This document shows positions 62,867 to 64,000 of a DNA stretch of 64,000 bases, piece after piece. The stretch spans positions 416,001-480,000 of the forward strand of contig CAVYTU010000013.1 of NCBI GenBank assembly GCA_963771465.1. Reading direction: 5' to 3'. The translations under genes and the position numbers were made by a program. The stretch's first letter is position 1, and each line of letters begins with the position of its first letter. Below the pieces are notes generated by a model that had not been told where the DNA came from, ran no database searches, and saw only the letters and a program-made list of their open reading frames with translations. The DNA is from an uncultured delta proteobacterium. GTDB lineage: Bacteria > Desulfobacterota > Binatia > UBA9968.

Positions 62867-64000
62867 ATGGAACAGACGCGAAGAGACATTCTGAAACTCG
62901 CCGCATTGATGGGAGTAGACCATCTGTTCGGAGGATGCAGTATGGCGACAAATGACATAACGCCGAATGTGATACTGATGAACGGGCGTATTGCGACTCA
63001 GGATGAGCGCCGTTCGTTCGCCCAGGCCGTCGTTATCCAGGACGGGCGGTTCGCCGCGGTTGGAGCCAATGAAGAGATCATGGCTCATCGCGCCGCTAGG
63101 ACCGAAATCATCGATCTTGGCGGCCGGACGGCGATTCCAGGTCTCAACGACTCGCACATGCATCCGATCCGCGGCGGGCTCAACTACAACATGGAGCTGC
63201 GTTGGGACGGCGTGCCGTCCCTCGCCGACGCGCTGCGCATGCTCAAGGAGCAAGCCGCGCGCACGCCGCCGCCGCAGTGGGTGCGTGTGGTCGGCGGCTG
63301 GACGGAGTTCCAATTCGCCGAGCGGCGCATGCCGACTCTCGACGAGATCAACCGAGCCGCGCCCGACACGCCCGCGTTCGTGCTGCATCTCTACGATCGT
63401 GCTCTTCTTAACGGCGCAGCCTTGCGCGCTGTCGGTTATACCAAGGACACGCCTGCGCCGATCGGCGGCGAGATTCAACGCGACAAGCAAGGCAATCCCA
63501 CAGGCCTGCTGATTGCCAGACCGAGTGCGAGCATTCTCTATTCCACGTTGGCTCAGGGACCGAAGCTATCGCGAGAAGATCAGCTGAACTCGACGCGCCA
63601 CTTCATGCGTGAGCTCAATCGCTTCGGCGTTACCAGTGCCATCGACGCCGGCGGCGGCTTTCAGAATTATCCGGACGACTACGCAGTCATCAATGAACTG
63701 CACAAACGCGGCGAGATGACGCTTGCGGTTGGCTTACAACCTGTTCACACAAAAACCGAAGGAGGAGTTGGCGGACTTTCGTCAATGGACGCAGCTGACG
63801 AAGCCGGGAGCGGGCGATGACTTTTACCGGGTCAACGGGGCGGGCGAAATGCTCGTCTATTCGGCGGCGGATTTCGAGGACTTTCTCGAACCGCGCCCCG
63901 ACATGCCGCCGGCAATGGAATCCGAGCTCAAGGCTGTCATCCGCCATCTGGTCGAGAATCGTTGGCCGTTTCGCCTGCATGCGACTTACGATGAAACCAT
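62867..64000 (+). CDS. YtcJ-like metal-dependent amidohydrolase (frameshift near 63725; runs off window)
   Basis: Tat-like TRRDILK, IPGLNDSHMH, LRWDGV, DAGGG, RLHATYDE at the window end. Confidence 0.9.

Overview
Bacterial accessory region with no rRNA, tRNA, CRISPR array, integrase or transposase. Gene style resembles a soil/sediment deltaproteobacteria-like lineage such as Ca. Binatia (inference only). Many single-base frameshifts suggest uncorrected long-read errors plus real decay. Four blocks are visible. (1) 0.1-18 kb: a CHASE-PAS-PAS (FixL-like) histidine kinase and NtrC-type sigma54 activator beside a hypoxia/dormancy-type gene set (4 USPs, 2 CBS proteins, c-type cytochromes, hemerythrin, P-type ATPase, glucan phosphorylase, eroded qNOR/FNT genes); many units carry a -24/-12 sigma54 motif and a shared TCGCA-N4-TGCGA palindrome. 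(2) 20-35 kb: an AT-richer field of small unassigned ORFs in paralogous families, including five copies of one ~85-aa family that each appear to be leaderless. (3) 33-47 kb: a mosaic of cassettes bounded by duplicated gene 3' ends. It holds an FAD oxidase, a CBS/CGL pair, a solute-binding-TRIC fusion, a cobalamin riboswitch upstream of a Cys-rich CWC protein, and a LeuC/LeuD-like pair whose three Fe-S cysteines are Asp/Glu and whose GSSRE motif is GHDHDH. This pair is the best candidate for new biochemistry. (4) 47-64 kb: a co-oriented redox/detox cluster (MOSC x2, DipZ-like, crotonase, NmrA, isochorismatases, perhydrolase, AKR x2, SDR, ADH, cNMP-TrxB, YcaC, amidohydrolase) with its own duplicated sigma54 promoter/UAS. 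All family calls come from motif recognition, not database searches.
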